64,000 bases of DNA from an uncultured Nitrososphaeraceae archaeon (GCA_963825865.1 CAWGVG010000015.1:151569-215568); one strand, 5' to 3'. Positions 46,755 through 59,716 are shown, counted from the stretch's first letter. Made by a program: numbers and translations. Notes: a model not told the origin generated them from the letters alone.

Positions 46755-46934
46755 TTAAGAATTACGAATAAGTGCTCTTACTTTTTCTTTGAATTCTGGG
46801 GTTATATCCTCTGCTTTCATACCATGCTCTTTCATGGCGTGTTCTGCACCATTTGTCATAACTTCTTCTTCGGTTTCACCTTTTACAACATGGTCACATT
46901 CAAATCCTGCCTCACGACATGTTATTGTTTTCAT
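46755..46934 (-). CDS. DUF1059 small metal-binding protein
   Basis: Manual translation MKTITCREAGFECDHVVKGETEEEVMTNGAEHAMKEHGMKAEDITPEFKEKVRALIRNS*. Confidence 0.9.
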   Translation of the reverse strand: MKTITCREAGFECDHVVKGETEEEVMTNGAEHAMKEHGMKAEDITPEFKEKVRALIRNS

Positions 46935-47308
46935 AATATGATGTCATCTATGATGGTCATATAAGTAGTATCCTTTACGCAGCTTCGCCATCACTACATC
47001 CGCAGGACAATCATCAAATCCTTCATATAATATTCCTTGCCAACCTATTTTATTTCTTAATTGCACTTAATTCGGTCACTAATACCAAAATTATTATGTG
47101 CTTAAGAACTTCTGGAAGTGGATCGCTGAGAGAAACATCCAAACAAGATAGGAATACCTAACACAGCGAGTTAGATATAAATCCGATAACTATTCTCTCG
47201 CTCCAGGTATACGTGAAGGTTGTATGAATCCTGTACGAAGCGGAGCGAATGGTATCAATTAGAATCTGAATATTACAACCTTTATGTATATTGTGACCGT
47301 AAATTCCA

Positions 47309-48328
47309 ATGTTGTCAAACAACAAGAACAAGAAATCCTTGGGTTATACACTTCAGACGAAAGGTGGACAAAGAACAAGGACTGTATTGGGCAGTACGGC
47401 AGATAGTAATAATATTACTGACGGTAGAACTACATTCAAACCCTTGACAGGCACGACCGGTAACTGCCATTATAGAAAGGAAGGTAAAACTAAACTCGCC
47501 AATTCTCATTGCAGGATTTCCCGGTCCAGGTTTAATAGGATCAATAAGTACTAGTTACATCATGAATAAGCTGGCACATGAGTCAAATTGCATGTGTGGA
47601 GTCCGAGTTTATAGTACCTGGTGTAATCTATGTCGGAGGAAAGCTAGGGCATCCATTTCGTTTGTATGCAAACAAAGAAGGAAATGTTTGCGTGATAGTA
47701 TGCGAAGCTCCCATAATGATTGAAGGAATGTATTCTGTTTTAGAGACAGTGATTAAGTGGGCAATAAATAATAAGGTCAAGGAAGTCATAGGATTAGAGG
47801 GTATTGCTGTAGAAGGTCCTCTTCCTGATTCAAAAAGAATACCAATGATCTTAGCAAGCAATGGCGAGGGAGCAGATTCTGCTGATTCTATTCGAAATGA
47901 CAATGAAATTAACAGGATAAGAGACAAAAAAGAAGAACCAGGTGATATGACTGGGAGCAAAAACAGAAGACGACAATGATGCTCATGATTCCTACCCAAA
48001 TACTGCTTTTATAGGAGGAATTACTGGAGGTCTTTTATCCTCTTGTTTATCGAATGGAATCACTTGTAAAGCATTACTCTTACCTACAACTACCGGGATA
48101 CCAGATCCCGAAGGGGCCGCGATTATAATAGAGTCAATTAGTAAAAATGCAGATAACGAAATGTTGAAAACAATAGACACTCAACATCTCAGAGAGAAAG
48201 GCGCAAATATAAAACGCAGAATGGAAGAGATAGTCCGATCAGTTCGCGAACAACAACAACAGCTGGAGCAACTACGACAACAAGGACAAGGCCAAACCGG
48301 TGCAAAAGAGAGAATAATGTATGGTTAG
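47309..48328 (+). CDS. Proteasome assembly chaperone (PAC2) family protein, frameshifted
   Basis: ILIAGFPGPGLIGSI, HPFRLY, FIGGITGGLL, GIPDPEGAA, C-terminal MYG* (HbYX motif); start uncertain. Confidence 0.85.
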
Positions 48329-48702
48329 TAGTAGCTCTATACAATTAATTAGAGCTCTAGAAAATCTCCCGTTTCTATCCCTCCATTCTCCCTATACCAT
48401 CTCATATGTCTTTTATGTTTTAAACATACACTAGAGAATCAGTCCTGATACAATGATGAACTATAACACAAGATTAAGCAGAGTTTTAGAAACGAGAATT
48501 CTATTTGGAAACGATCTGACGCAAAAGAATTCCTTCATAAAAAAACTAAGCGCCGCTTGTACGAAGGGAGATCTATCTCCGTATGAGTAACAACTCTCCG
48601 GCTATCTTAAGTATTTTAAAATTAATGATATACCAGTATCAGCTGACCTGAAGAAGAAAGACAAACACAAAAATCCCGATATGACTATTAATTACCTTAT
48701 CA

Positions 48703-48945
48703 ATGACTTCTGCATTCTTATTGATTAACTGTATCATAGGTCTCCAAGATAATGTTATAAATGAACTCAAGAAATTATCTGAGTTTGTTGATATCTATAT
48801 AGTACAAGATACCTATGATATAATTGCGAAAATCAATGCAAATTCAGAGGAAGAACTACAAGAGATCACAATATCAAATATTCGAAAAATCAAAGGAATT
48901 AAATCCACATTAACTTTGGTAATAGTTAAACATGCTCAAGCCTAG
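48703..48945 (+). CDS. Lrp/AsnC ligand-binding (stand-alone RAM) domain protein
   Basis: AFLLINC..YDIIAKI..IRKIKGIKSTLTL. Confidence 0.85.
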   Translation: MTSAFLLINCIIGLQDNVINELKKLSEFVDIYIVQDTYDIIAKINANSEEELQEITISNIRKIKGIKSTLTLVIVKHAQA

Positions 48946-49039
48946 CATTAGCAAATTAAAGACACAAAGATAATACATAGACGTTTCTAAGTAGTATCTA
49001 AAACAAAATAACCGGATAAGTATCGCTTGTAAGTTTTCT

Positions 49040-49757
49040 ATAATCGAGGCTTCCCTTAGGATTGCTGTCAGCCCAACAAGACACTTCACTTACTCTTCTG
49101 GGCAGCCTTTCGTCAATGTATCTTCTGATGTTATCTTTAGATTGTAGTCTTAGGTAAGATAAATCTCTATTTACTGTACCAATACTTACTTGCAATATAG
49201 ATGCCTTTTAGGACTTGCATTAGCCTTTGATCACCAGTAAAAATTATTCCCTTGTAGGGAGTCTTTAATCTACATCCCATAAATGAGCAAGTGATAAAAG
49301 AAAAGAAAAGAAAATGAAAGTCAGTTGATATATGCTATGCAGAGCATGCGGGAATGAGATGATTGCCTTTGAATATTGTCCTGTTTGTAATGAATCTATT
49401 CAAGGGAGGTGCAGTGTATGTGACAGACAAAATGAAAAATCAGTACATACCCATTATAATCAGCGAGAACCTTGGAAAGATAAATTTTCATCTGTCATAA
49501 GCAGTTGAGATGGTAGACTGTGATATTAGAAGTTAAAAAATCGAGTCCAATATGAGAGATTCTTTTCTCAACTCCTCATAGTGACTTCGATTGCTGGTAA
49601 GGCAGAGGATAAGTTATGTTTTTTATGTTTCATTAGGTGTATATGGTGATGGCATTTCAACAACTTTTTCCATCTCTGGCTGACTATGGCCTTGGCTGTC
49701 AAGTTCGGCTACCTTGCTTCTTCGCCATTGAATCTGCCTTTCAAGTTTTGTGCTCAA
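49040..49757 (-). pseudogene. HTH protein split by a 466-bp insert
   Basis: LSTKLERQIQWRRSKVAELDSQGHSQPEM (49757..49671) joins in frame to ASILQVSIGTVNRDLSYLRLQSKDNIRRYIDERLP (from 49204). Confidence 0.75.
49332..49508 (+). CDS. Small triple-CxxC zinc-finger protein inside the insert
   Basis: Manual translation MLCRACGNEMIAFEYCPVCNESIQGRCSVCDRQNEKSVHTH... Confidence 0.7.
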   Translation: MLCRACGNEMIAFEYCPVCNESIQGRCSVCDRQNEKSVHTHYNQREPWKDKFSSVISS

Positions 49758-49981
49758 GCTTTCAATATTCGCCTTTGTGAATTACTGTGGCTTTCAATTT
49801 TCCTGCTTAGGATATACAACAACTCTATCTTTTTGTCCTTCAACTATAGTAACACTAACTTAAATTTTATATTTTTCTGATACTGGTTCGCTATATGTAT
49901 AGGTCATGTGATAATCAGTGAAGTCTAATAAAATCAATCAACGCCATCGACTCATGGCGAGTTTGTCTGCAAGCCATGTGC

Positions 49982-50635
49982 CTATTTTTTATATAGGCTA
50001 TCAACAGGATGAATTTCTCCCCAATTTCCATGCTGTGAGTCATAAACATAGGACCCACTTACAAACACATGAGTACCTGGTTGTGGAATGTCTATAAAAT
50101 GTGGTTTAATACCTTGGCATGCCTGTTGAGCAGCTGAATAAGTAATTTTTGTAGGGTCCCAACATATGACTTCCACTACTAGTTCATTCTTGTAATTAGC
50201 AGGCCTAGACAATTGCGAATATTGCGGATCTAATATTAACCTAATGTGAGCGTCACCATCGTTTTCTACTGTTTGACTGAGAATTGTTCCTGTTACAGAT
50301 GTACAATATTGCTGTATGGGTAGTCTATCTTTACTACCTCCACTAATCTTAGGATCGTGAATATGCTTCCATAAAAAGGGTAGATTACTGCATGAGACCA
50401 GTGCTTTTGTACTTTGCGTAGTAGTAGTCCTAGAAGTATTGGTAGCAGGAGCATGTGTTGATGGGGATGCTCCACTTTGTGCGTTTGCACTTTTTGTTGT
50501 TATTATTGCAAAAGAAAATGTCATCCCAACTGCTACCATGCCTGATAAGAGAATCACAAGAACAACCATGGTTATTTTTATGGACATATTTGCTTCCAGT
50601 TCACTCTTTTTTGAATCCATGAAGTTTTTTATCAT
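49982..50635 (-). CDS. Secreted/membrane-anchored protein with putative OB-fold domain
   Basis: N-terminal TM, T-rich linker, ENDGDAHIRL..LVVEVIC..SGSYVYD..WGEIHPV. Confidence 0.7.
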   Translation of the reverse strand: MIKNFMDSKKSELEANMSIKITMVVLVILLSGMVAVGMTFSFAIITTKSANAQSGASPSTHAPATNTSRTTTTQSTKALVSCSNLPFLWKHIHDPKISGGSKDRLPIQQYCTSVTGTILSQTVENDGDAHIRLILDPQYSQLSRPANYKNELVVEVICWDPTKITYSAAQQACQGIKPHFIDIPQPGTHVFVSGSYVYDSQHGNWGEIHPVDSLYKK

Positions 50636-51115
50636 TCATGAGACTTTGTAGAAGCACCATACATAAAAGGAAGTTGCTTGCTGCCAATTGTAAAATAGAA
50701 AAAGATACATCTTGCTGTTTTTGCTTCTGATGCAGAATCCTATAGGGAAGAAGCACATGCATTAAGAGAATTTATAAGAACTAGTACAATGCACCGCTGA
50801 AAGCAAAAAGCATTACACCGATACAAAGATAAAAAATAAAAGCTTCCCTCATTATGCACTCCATTGGGATCATAAGCGTTAGGGTTAGTAGATTCACTAT
50901 CATATTTGATTAATATAACAATGTTAGGAGAGCAAAGGCTTAGCCCAGACGATAAGAGATTTTTATCAGGACAGCATATTCTGTTCTTAACAAAAGTCTT
51001 TTAATACTAAACATTCTCTTAGAACGACAACTTTAGCTTAGTCTACTATCATAATCTCGCAATACCTTCAGACACTAATGAAAAAGGTTTCTTACGGCCA
51101 AGCTCATTATTATTA

Positions 51116-52759
51116 TCACTTTATTGGTAATGTAAACGAAAAACTAGCTCCTCTCCCATTAGAATTATTTTCAGCCCATATCCTTCCTCCGTGAGCCTCT
51201 ACGATACTTTTGGAGATAAATAACCCTAAGCCAGTATCTTCATATGATTTTGAAACAAACATTGAAAATAATCTTGGAAATATTTCAGGATCTATTCCAG
51301 TCCCAGTATCTTTTACAGTAACGATAACTTCATCATATTTGTTCTTTTCTGCCTTAACTAAGATAGTTCCTTCTTCTTTAGTAAATTTAATAGCATTACT
51401 TAATAAGTTGGATATAACTTGAGAGATCTTGTTTCTATCTGCATGTAAAGTAATAGTACTGTCTTTATTATATTCATATACTAATTTCAATTTATTATTA
51501 TTATTCTCATGACCTTTTTCAATTCGATGTTTATAGCCTTGCACGACATCAGATATTATTTCACCTAAGTTAAGCCATTTTTTGTCTAATTTTAACAAAT
51601 GACTTTCAATTTGTGTAGCATCCAAAATATCGTTCGCAAGTCGCTGTAGCCTTTTTGCGTTACTAATAATTGCATCTAGAAATTTATCATGCTCATCAAT
51701 GCTTATTTTTGTAGATCGCATAATCTGAGATAAGCCAAGGATGGGTTGAATAGGCGTCCTCAACTCATGAGCTGCTAAATTGATAAATTCATTTTTTATT
51801 TTATCCGCTTCTTTTTGTCTTTCGTATTCTAGTAATTTTTCATATTGGATGTGTTCATTCCAAATCAATTCAAACACTGACTTTGACGAATTAACACTCA
51901 CTTTACTGTTTGAGTATACTACAAACCCTATTGCTTTTGAAAATTCCTCTGCTTTGGGATCTTTGAGCTCAAATCGAAGCAACTTTGCATTGTCCATTAC
52001 AAATAGACCCGAGTGAGAACTGCCACCATTGATAATTCTGATAGAAGAAGCCTTCTCTGATATTCTTTTGATAATTCCTGAATTCTCTTTACTTAAAGGA
52101 CAGATAATTTTGATCATAGCGCCTCTTTGAGATGAGGCTTCTATGAGATAATCTATAACTCCTAGTTTGTCTGCTCTAATCATAGATTTACTATCAGCAA
52201 GGAGAAGTAGAGCTTCATTTTCTACTACTTTGGCAGACTCTACATAAATTTCAGTAGCTTTTTTGCAATCAGAAATAACTTCAAGGAATTCTGGTTCTAT
52301 TTCATTTTCAATTTCTATTATCCTATCTTTGGCTGATATTGATTTATCCCATAGAGTTTCAAAGATATATCGTTGATGTTCTACAATTTCTTTTACATTA
52401 CTATAAATGATTTGAGATGCTGGCTTTCCTTTCTCATGGAAAGATGCAGGAGCAAGATACTCATTCTCACTTAAATAAAAATTACCTTTGATTCCATCTA
52501 AATGTCGAAGTTCATTGACTATACCTGAGAGCTCTTTGCAGTAAGAGATATTCTCTTTGGTAATTTCAGTTATACATCTTAATCTTATACCTATATTTTT
52601 AGCATTCATGAAGGATTTCTTTAGTTGCTCAATTTTGATTGCTAGTGAAGGTCGTGTATAATCTATGCAGGCATCAATTCTACTTTTTGTTTTGGAGGTA
52701 AACTGTAGTACTGTATTTACTACGTTCTGCTCACCATGAAATATCTCAGTCTTTTCCAA
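51116..52759 (-). CDS. Cytoplasmic sensor histidine kinase
   Basis: AAHELRTPIQPI, NLLSNAIKF, VKDTGTGI, TGLGLFISKSIVEAHGG. Confidence 0.95.
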   Translation of the reverse strand: MEKTEIFHGEQNVVNTVLQFTSKTKSRIDACIDYTRPSLAIKIEQLKKSFMNAKNIGIRLRCITEITKENISYCKELSGIVNELRHLDGIKGNFYLSENEYLAPASFHEKGKPASQIIYSNVKEIVEHQRYIFETLWDKSISAKDRIIEIENEIEPEFLEVISDCKKATEIYVESAKVVENEALLLLADSKSMIRADKLGVIDYLIEASSQRGAMIKIICPLSKENSGIIKRISEKASSIRIINGGSSHSGLFVMDNAKLLRFELKDPKAEEFSKAIGFVVYSNSKVSVNSSKSVFELIWNEHIQYEKLLEYERQKEADKIKNEFINLAAHELRTPIQPILGLSQIMRSTKISIDEHDKFLDAIISNAKRLQRLANDILDATQIESHLLKLDKKWLNLGEIISDVVQGYKHRIEKGHENNNNKLKLVYEYNKDSTITLHADRNKISQVISNLLSNAIKFTKEEGTILVKAEKNKYDEVIVTVKDTGTGIDPEIFPRLFSMFVSKSYEDTGLGLFISKSIVEAHGGRIWAENNSNGRGASFSFTLPIK

Positions 52760-53537
52760 ACTACTAGGGGTGGTGGCAGCGGATTTGGCAGTGACAAAAA
52801 TTATTATTATATAGAAAAGTGCGTTGATCTATAAATGTATTGTTGTATAGACGATGTTCTACTAAATATCGTTTTAGGGTTATACAATAAATTTTTTCCT
52901 AGCAGTTGGTTTGAACATGATGAAAAGTACCTTCTGGTGTGCTTTAGATGGTATCCCGTATGTTATCTATGATCAAGGCAGATCAAGGCAGTATTAGCAA
53001 GGAAGCAACGTTACGAAAAAATAAAAATATAAATAAAAAAACTGTAAGTTTAGATACTAGCAAAGCATGACGTAAAGCTAAACTAAAGAAGGAAAAAGAG
53101 TTACAAGAATTCACTCGGCCGGCATCTAATCACGCTACTCAGCAGTTTTATTAAATAGAGAAGAAACTACATGCATATTTCTTATTCTTCTTGTCTATCT
53201 TCGCACCCATTGTAATTCTGCTCCTTCTTCTATTGTCTGCTTTTAAGATCAATTTGGCCCTTTAACTTTTCCAACTCGTCTTCAACTGAACCTTCTATAG
53301 TAATTTTCTCTTAGTCGCACAAGTTGCTATAGAAAATAAAAAGATAATAGAAAAGCTTGTATTGATCGATTCCTAAGATTCGAACTTGAGGGGCCAACGC
53401 AGTTGCTGAAAGATTATCATGTTGCAGAGAGTACGATTAACTTACATGACATAGTGAAGCGCGCGTTTAGTAATAGAATTGATCTGTTGGCATAGAAAAA
53501 TTCTTTGTAAATGGTTCTTGTTTACAGCGTCGCATTC

Positions 53538-55410
53538 TTATGCTTCTCTGATCTTGGTGTCTAGAGTTAGTGGTTTACTGGACCATTCATTTATCCATTC
53601 TCTAATGATATTTGCACATCTTTCCGCCTCTCTTCTTACAAATGTATCTATATCATGTTCTGCAACATGTATTAGTGCCTGGATGGTTTCAAATATCAGC
53701 GTTGGGCATAAGTGGCTTAGCATCGGATCTGCAAATGCTTTGCATGCATTGATTTTTACTTTCCGTCTACTATCTAACAGTAATTTCAACAGTTGTTTAG
53801 ATACCTTCAGATTTGTCTCCTGTAACTTTGCATTCTTTTCATGATCATCGCTATCTTTCTTGGAACTAGAAATTTTGATAGAGCTGAAGTCGCTAATCTC
53901 TTAAAGTATTCATTTTGAGAATTAGTGTTTTCAATCAGGAAATTTGCAATATCAACTACAGTATCTGTATTCTTATCTTTTGATAACTCTTTTAACCCAT
54001 CAATAGCACCATTGGCAATAACATTTCGAAATGATTTGGATGTCTTTACAATATCTTTTAGTTGTGATATCGTCTTTTCTTTATCTGTACCAGTTAACAT
54101 AAATATGCTGACACATCTCTAACCAAATAATTTTGCATATTCATATTGAAATGCATGGTTCTGAAGTACTGGCTTATTTCCTTTCTAAAATCTGTAAATG
54201 AGCGATAGTATGTTAGTATCAGCAGGTCTTTCTTGGACATGTTCCAGCATTCTTCCAGTACCATGAACTCTGGTGATGCAGTTGGTAACCAGATTGGTAT
54301 CAATTCATCTTTATGCTTCTTGAAAATACTGTCTGACTTTTTGTGATTTGTAATGTTGTGGTGCCTTGTCCAAGAATAAATAACATTTTGGGAATTTATG
54401 ATGTACTTGTTTTAGGAAATTATAGAATGAATTACCATTGAATCTATCAAACTGTCTGAATAACTGTTTACCTTCCAAACTAATTGCACCAAATATACAG
54501 AAATGTCTGTGTGAACCTGTTACAGTAACTACTGGTCTTGCATTTTTATCAATCCACACCTTTCTTACAAGAGAGTCAAAGAAGAAAAATGATTCATCTA
54601 ATGATACTGCAGTAAATCCTCCTTCTTCTTTAGGTAGATTGTCTAGTATTTTCTGAGCTCTTTTTTGAAAGTATCTTTTTCTTCCTTGGATGCAGTATTA
54701 ACATGTACTTTTCTAGGTACTTTTTGTTTGAATCCCCATTTGTGAAGTAGTCTGTAGATGTGAACGCAATGATACTTTATTCCTCCTTCCTGTAGTATTA
54801 TATCATTAACCTGTTTTGTACTCCAGCCCTGTCTACTTTCTGTGAGCCTTTTCCTTATCTTAAAGACAACTTGTGGAGATAATTGTGCAGGTCTGCCACT
54901 CTTGGGTCGGTCTCTGAGTCCATCTACGCTCTCGTTATCATATCTTGCTAACCAATCTGAAGCCCATGTTCTACTTCTATGTAGATCCTTTGCTACACGA
55001 GCAGGAATCATACCATCACCTTCGACCTTCAAGACAAGTAACAACCTCTCCTTTACATTCGGATCTGATTCCCTTTTGTACAGATTGGCTAATTTGCTCC
55101 TGTTAAACGCCATCTATCAAAGAACACGAACTATGCTGCTGCAAATAGCTCTTCCTGTCTGAAAAATATGACGATTCTGTCAAAAGAATGTTAGCATACT
55201 TATGTTAATTGGTATGCATTATCTAGGGAGGAGGAAATTGCATCCTTGATGCTTTTTCCAATTGCTATTGCGACGTTTGCTCGTACAAATTAGCTTTCGT
55301 TTTGTTCATATAATAATGGCTTAAGTAAATTAATTGATTCTTTCCTTTCAAATTGTCCAATATTTCTAACGATTGCTTGTTTAATTTCAGGATGTAATCT
55401 AGAAAGGCCC
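53538..55410 (-). pseudogene. HEAT-repeat C-terminal fragment (M1 aminopeptidase-like) interrupted by IS630
   Basis: HEAT-like helices on both sides of the IS (IKQAIVRNIGQFERKES..FVRANVAIAIGK / SFRNVIANGAIDGL / DTFVRREAE). Confidence 0.65.
54090..55212 (-). mobile_element. IS630-family element
   Basis: 24-bp TIRs CCAGTTAACATAAATATGCTGACA / TGTTAGCATACTTATGTTAATTGG; TA duplication; HTH ORF, A6G slip site near 54660, SLDES, FLDKAPQH, SPEFMVLEECW. Confidence 0.95.
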
Positions 55411-55413
55411 CCG

Positions 55414-56338
55414 TTATATCTTTCTTTTGTATAATAAAAACTGCCCGACTTCGTATACGATTCCTAAATCTTCCATAACTGAATCGACGTATGTCATGTG
55501 TGGAGTAAATATTTGTATTCTTTTATATCTTTCAATTTCGGTACGTGCCCAGTCTGTGACAAATTTGACTAAGTATTTTAGCATGAGTGCATTGGAAGCA
55601 TCAAGATATACTATTTGGAATGTTTTATTATTGTCTTTGTTGATAATCGCCACACCATTCATAATGTAATCGCCATTTCCAATTACAATCACTCTTTCAT
55701 CCTCAATGAGATTTTGTAAACTGTCAGAACCCACATCTAATGGGCACCATCTCCACGAATTTACATAACTTTCTCCTGCTGACTTAAATATTTGAGACTG
55801 TTTAAGATAATTGCATAAACTTTCAATGTCTTTTGAGGTTGCAATTCTAACTGTGGCTATACTAGACTTCTCGGGAATTTTATCAGTACCATAATAATTC
55901 CATTTTGATATTACAACAAAGCCGTTCTTTTCCATCATTAATCGTGATGCAGTATTATTTGCTGATACTATTGCAGCTGCTTCTTTCAGCTCCTTGCTCT
56001 TCGCCATATCTTACCATTTTCTTTATTAATTCTGTTGCAATAGATCTGCGTCTGTAATCTGGTCTGACTCTGATGCCTTCTATCCATATACTATTCTTAT
56101 TTGGACACAGATAGACATGAGAAACTGCTGTTATTACTGATGACAACAGACTGCTGTTCTTACTATGTCGCTTAGTACAGTTCTCCTTCTTGTCTTCTGC
56201 TACCATTAAATATCCCTTCTGATCAGAATACCATATATCCCACACTTGGTCTATATAATCTCCCCATTCAAATGTATCAATACAGAATCTCAAAACATCT
56301 CTTTTATCGGATTGTTTTGCATGTCGTATCTTCAGCAA
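55414..56338 (-). CDS. GNAT acetyltransferase (frameshift near 56005)
   Basis: WIEGIRVRPDYRRRSIATELI..NNTASRLMMEKNGF. Confidence 0.85.
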
Positions 56339-56917
56339 TATGCAGTATTAGATTCGAGACAAGTCAAATATGATTCTTTTTCATCTGTTAAATTACTAAT
56401 ACTACTCCAAATTCGAAAATTTTGTTGGAAGCAGATAAGTATCATTATTTTTAAATATTAACTGATTCTGCGCTCCTAAAGATAATACCAGTTGTACTAT
56501 TGCTACCACTTTGTTACATCTGCTGACATCTGCTACAATGTGTACTCTTTGTACCATCAGGCACAGGTACATTATATTTTGGTAATGAGTTAAATGTCTT
56601 ATTTAAAGAAGGGGATTATCTTTTTTGCAAGAAAAAGAACGATGTTTTATCAATAGCGTCATTAGTAGGAATTAAAATCCTAATACTCACCTCTCCTCTT
56701 CGTTCTTCTTTTTGTAAATTCTCTTTTGATAAAGAATTGTGGATGCTTTTTCTCAGTGTATCTATAGTTAATTCCTTGAGTAATCGTATTGCACCAATTC
56801 TATATTCCAGCATAATCATGTTCCTTTTATGACAAATCGGCTTCATCTTTTAACGTTGCTTCGGATTTAACTACTTTAGCCACGTCTTTTTTATTAGTTG
56901 GAGCTATATTCAAATCT

Positions 56918-57331
56918 TCAAAACCTTTCTCTTTTATTGGTTTTTGCTGCATTTTCTGCCTCATTACATCGTTTGACTACTTCTGCAGCATTACCCTTAG
57001 TTTGCATTCCTTTATTCCAAGTAGCCACATCAGGAGTTTCCATTATATCTATAATCTCTGCTGACATATCCATAGCTTTTGTTATATCGATGGTTGCGAA
57101 GTCGTCTCTGTCTTGTAGTTGTTGTTGCTGTCGCTCTTGCGGTGCCCAATTTAACCAAGGCTTCCAAAATGTATTATACCAATCTTCAGCCATTTTTGCT
57201 GCATTTTTAAGAAATTCTCCATAAGCATTAAACCAATATGTCATTATGCTTTGCCAAACTGCGGGGCCTGCAACAAATGGATTAGAATTGTTGAAATTTT
57301 TATTATTTTCCTTATCTTGTTCCCTTGTCAA
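56918..57331 (-). CDS. Hypothetical amphipathic helical protein
   Basis: Trp-rich helix WQSIMTYWFNAYGEF..WYNTFWKPWLNW. Confidence 0.5.
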   Translation of the reverse strand: MTREQDKENNKNFNNSNPFVAGPAVWQSIMTYWFNAYGEFLKNAAKMAEDWYNTFWKPWLNWAPQERQQQQLQDRDDFATIDITKAMDMSAEIIDIMETPDVATWNKGMQTKGNAAEVVKRCNEAENAAKTNKRERF

Positions 57332-57600
57332 ATAAGATGATGGAGAATGTGGCTCTGCTTTAACCTTTTCTTCTATTGGTTTATCAACAATACTATCTTC
57401 TTGATTCCTTGTTGTAGGTCTAGAAGATGTTGTAGTAGTTGTAGCAGCCTCTTCTTTTGGAATGTAAATGGTTTATAAAGTTAGGCACTATATTCATTTT
57501 TGGTCACTACATTAATCATATGACCGAATATGGAATGTGGGATGGCGACAACACCTAAATCATTCATAGTCCAACAGAACTATCTGCTTTACAAGTAAAA

Positions 57601-57819
57601 ATGGCTACAAGGGAATCATTGGAAGAGAAGAAGCTGAGTATAACAATGTATGCGTCTGCACTTTACGAGAAAATAAAGCGAGCGACCATACCATTAAGAG
57701 GTGAAACCATGAGTGATTATATTCTTCTTGTATCATTTGATCTGGAAGCGGAACACGAGTCTATAATCTTAAATAAAATACTGTCTTTAGTGAAAAGCAG
57801 GCTATCATCATTACCTTGA
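57601..57819 (+). pseudogene. Roadblock-like thaumarchaeal protein (DUF6659-like), C-terminal part
   Basis: YASALYEKIKRATIPL..ILLVSFD. Confidence 0.55.
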
Positions 57820-58009
57820 TTAACGGCGATTTCCCTGGCGATATCTGACCCCACTTCTGGCAGTACAAATCTGTCTGGTGTTCCTATGCGTTTATTGTTT
57901 TGTGGTGATGGTATGACTGTAATCGTGTATGTCGTATTGCATTCAAATAGTATTGCAAGATCCTCTAGTGCAATCCTAGTGGTTTGTAGGTCGCTATAAA
58001 TCGTGTGAA

Positions 58010-58370
58010 TTCTTACTTGAATTTACTTTTCGAATTTCTATTGAATTTACCTCTTGTTTGAGCCTTTCGCATCTGTATTCTATTACTGGTAGATTATCAT
58101 TACCAATTCTGAGTAGGTTTACTACATGTTCTTCACTCATGCTTGCAGATCTAACTGACCTATACAATTTGAGAAAAGGGACAAAATCTCCTGCTGCCTT
58201 TACGTTTAATGCAACTGCGACTTGTGTTAGGATTTTACCTTAAGAAATTAGTTTGTAGGCTTGTGTTGATAGATACTTTTTGCTGCCTCCTGCTTGTTTT
58301 TATTAGAAAAATTATCATCAATATCTTGTTGTTGTTGCTCTTTTCTTTGCTGCGATTTCATTGTCATATA
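58010..58370 (-). pseudogene. Fragment of an HTH/coiled-coil protein family repeated in Nitrososphaeraceae
   Basis: Manual translation GKILTQVAVALNV..FLKLYRSVRSASMSEEHVVNLLRIGNDNLPVIEYRCERLKQEVN. Confidence 0.5.
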
Positions 58371-58776
58371 GGCATGAAGTATTCTTTAAAGAAAAGATTG
58401 TACGATAGAAATAATTATAAAAGATCTGTATCCTACATCTAGTAAAGACAGATTGGAGAAGTTATCTACGGTAGGAACACTGTGATACTTGAGGCTTGTA
58501 CTGCTTTAGGATGCCATAAATTTACTGTATGTATAGGATGTAACAAGCAAATCGAAACCTGTCACTGCAGTAAACAGAGGCAGTATTGAAGTGGATTTGA
58601 CTACGCTATCACCTATTTTCTCTGTTGCAGGTGTTTTTACTGCGGTTACATTTCCTGCAGCTAACCTACAAGACAGCCATACATAGTTGCAATAGTTGAG
58701 CAAATGCGGCTGCAGGTGGTAATGCTTCAGCAACAGGAATATTTAGAACAGTACAGCATGACTTCATATGTAAGTC

Positions 58777-59455
58777 GGCTCTGTTCACTTAATGATTTGT
58801 AATTCTTTATTATGAAAGCCTACGAAAAGATTTAGCCAATTCTGTACATGCTTTAGTTTACAATTCTTTTTCTGCATGGAAAGTAATCATCATCAAAGCT
58901 TTCGGTTCTATCCTTAACATACTGCATAGTCCTTTCAATAATGCTTTTCTCATAAGAGGAATGAAGATGATGGATTGTGTTCAAAAACTTACAAGCTGGT
59001 TGGTACCAGTACCACCACCGTCTCTGTTGAGATGGGAGATGTTTGCCATGAATTTTGCATAGTTTTGAAATAAACTTTTCTGCAACAAACATATTTCGTT
59101 CCAAGGATATACTAATTCCTAGAATCTCTTGTTTTGTTGGTTCTATGGCAATCCATAACCAAATATAGTTAGATCCAACCTTATGATGATGGTCTCATCA
59201 ATTATATATGCCTCAATTTTCTTTCTTTTACTTGCTATTTTTTCTGGTTTGTATCCTTGTATCCAATTCCAGATAGAAACATGATTTCGTTTTATAAGGT
59301 AAGATAATCTTTCAGATGCTCTTCTTAGTGATAAACCTGAAAAATACAAGTATAAGCCGTGGCATCTATGTACTTTGAAGGTGTTCTTTTTCTGATATTC
59401 ATAGTGTAAATAGAGCATCGTTAAGCTATAGATGTTCTGTTAAATGAACAGAGCC
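58777..59455 (-). mobile_element. IS6-family element (frameshifted transposase)
   Basis: TIRs GGCTCTGTTCACTTAA / TTAAATGAACAGAGCC; 8-bp TSD TGTAAGTC (58769-76, 59456-63); GLSLRRAS, IIDET, IIERTMQYVKDRTE. Confidence 0.93.
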
Positions 59456-59716
59456 TGTAAGTCTGATTAGCTGCTGTTATTCATCTGGAAGACATGACTT
59501 TGTTGTTCTTCGATAGATGAAGGTAACAAAGGCAATGACGATGCTGATGGTTTGCTAGACGCGTAATAAGTAATAATTCTGCCTATGCAATCTCTTATTA
59601 GTCTATTGTAAAGTTTTTCCGCTTCGTCTACATCATAGATACATTAGCTTCATTTCGAAAAGTACAAAACCAAGAAAGGTAAAAACGATAAAGATAAAAG
59701 AAGCTTTCAGCGCCTT

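Noticed and set aside
53225-53312. EKITIEGSVEDELEKLKGQ resembling a PspA/ESCRT-III-like C-terminus (minus strand)
   Set aside because: Too short and low in complexity to call without a search.
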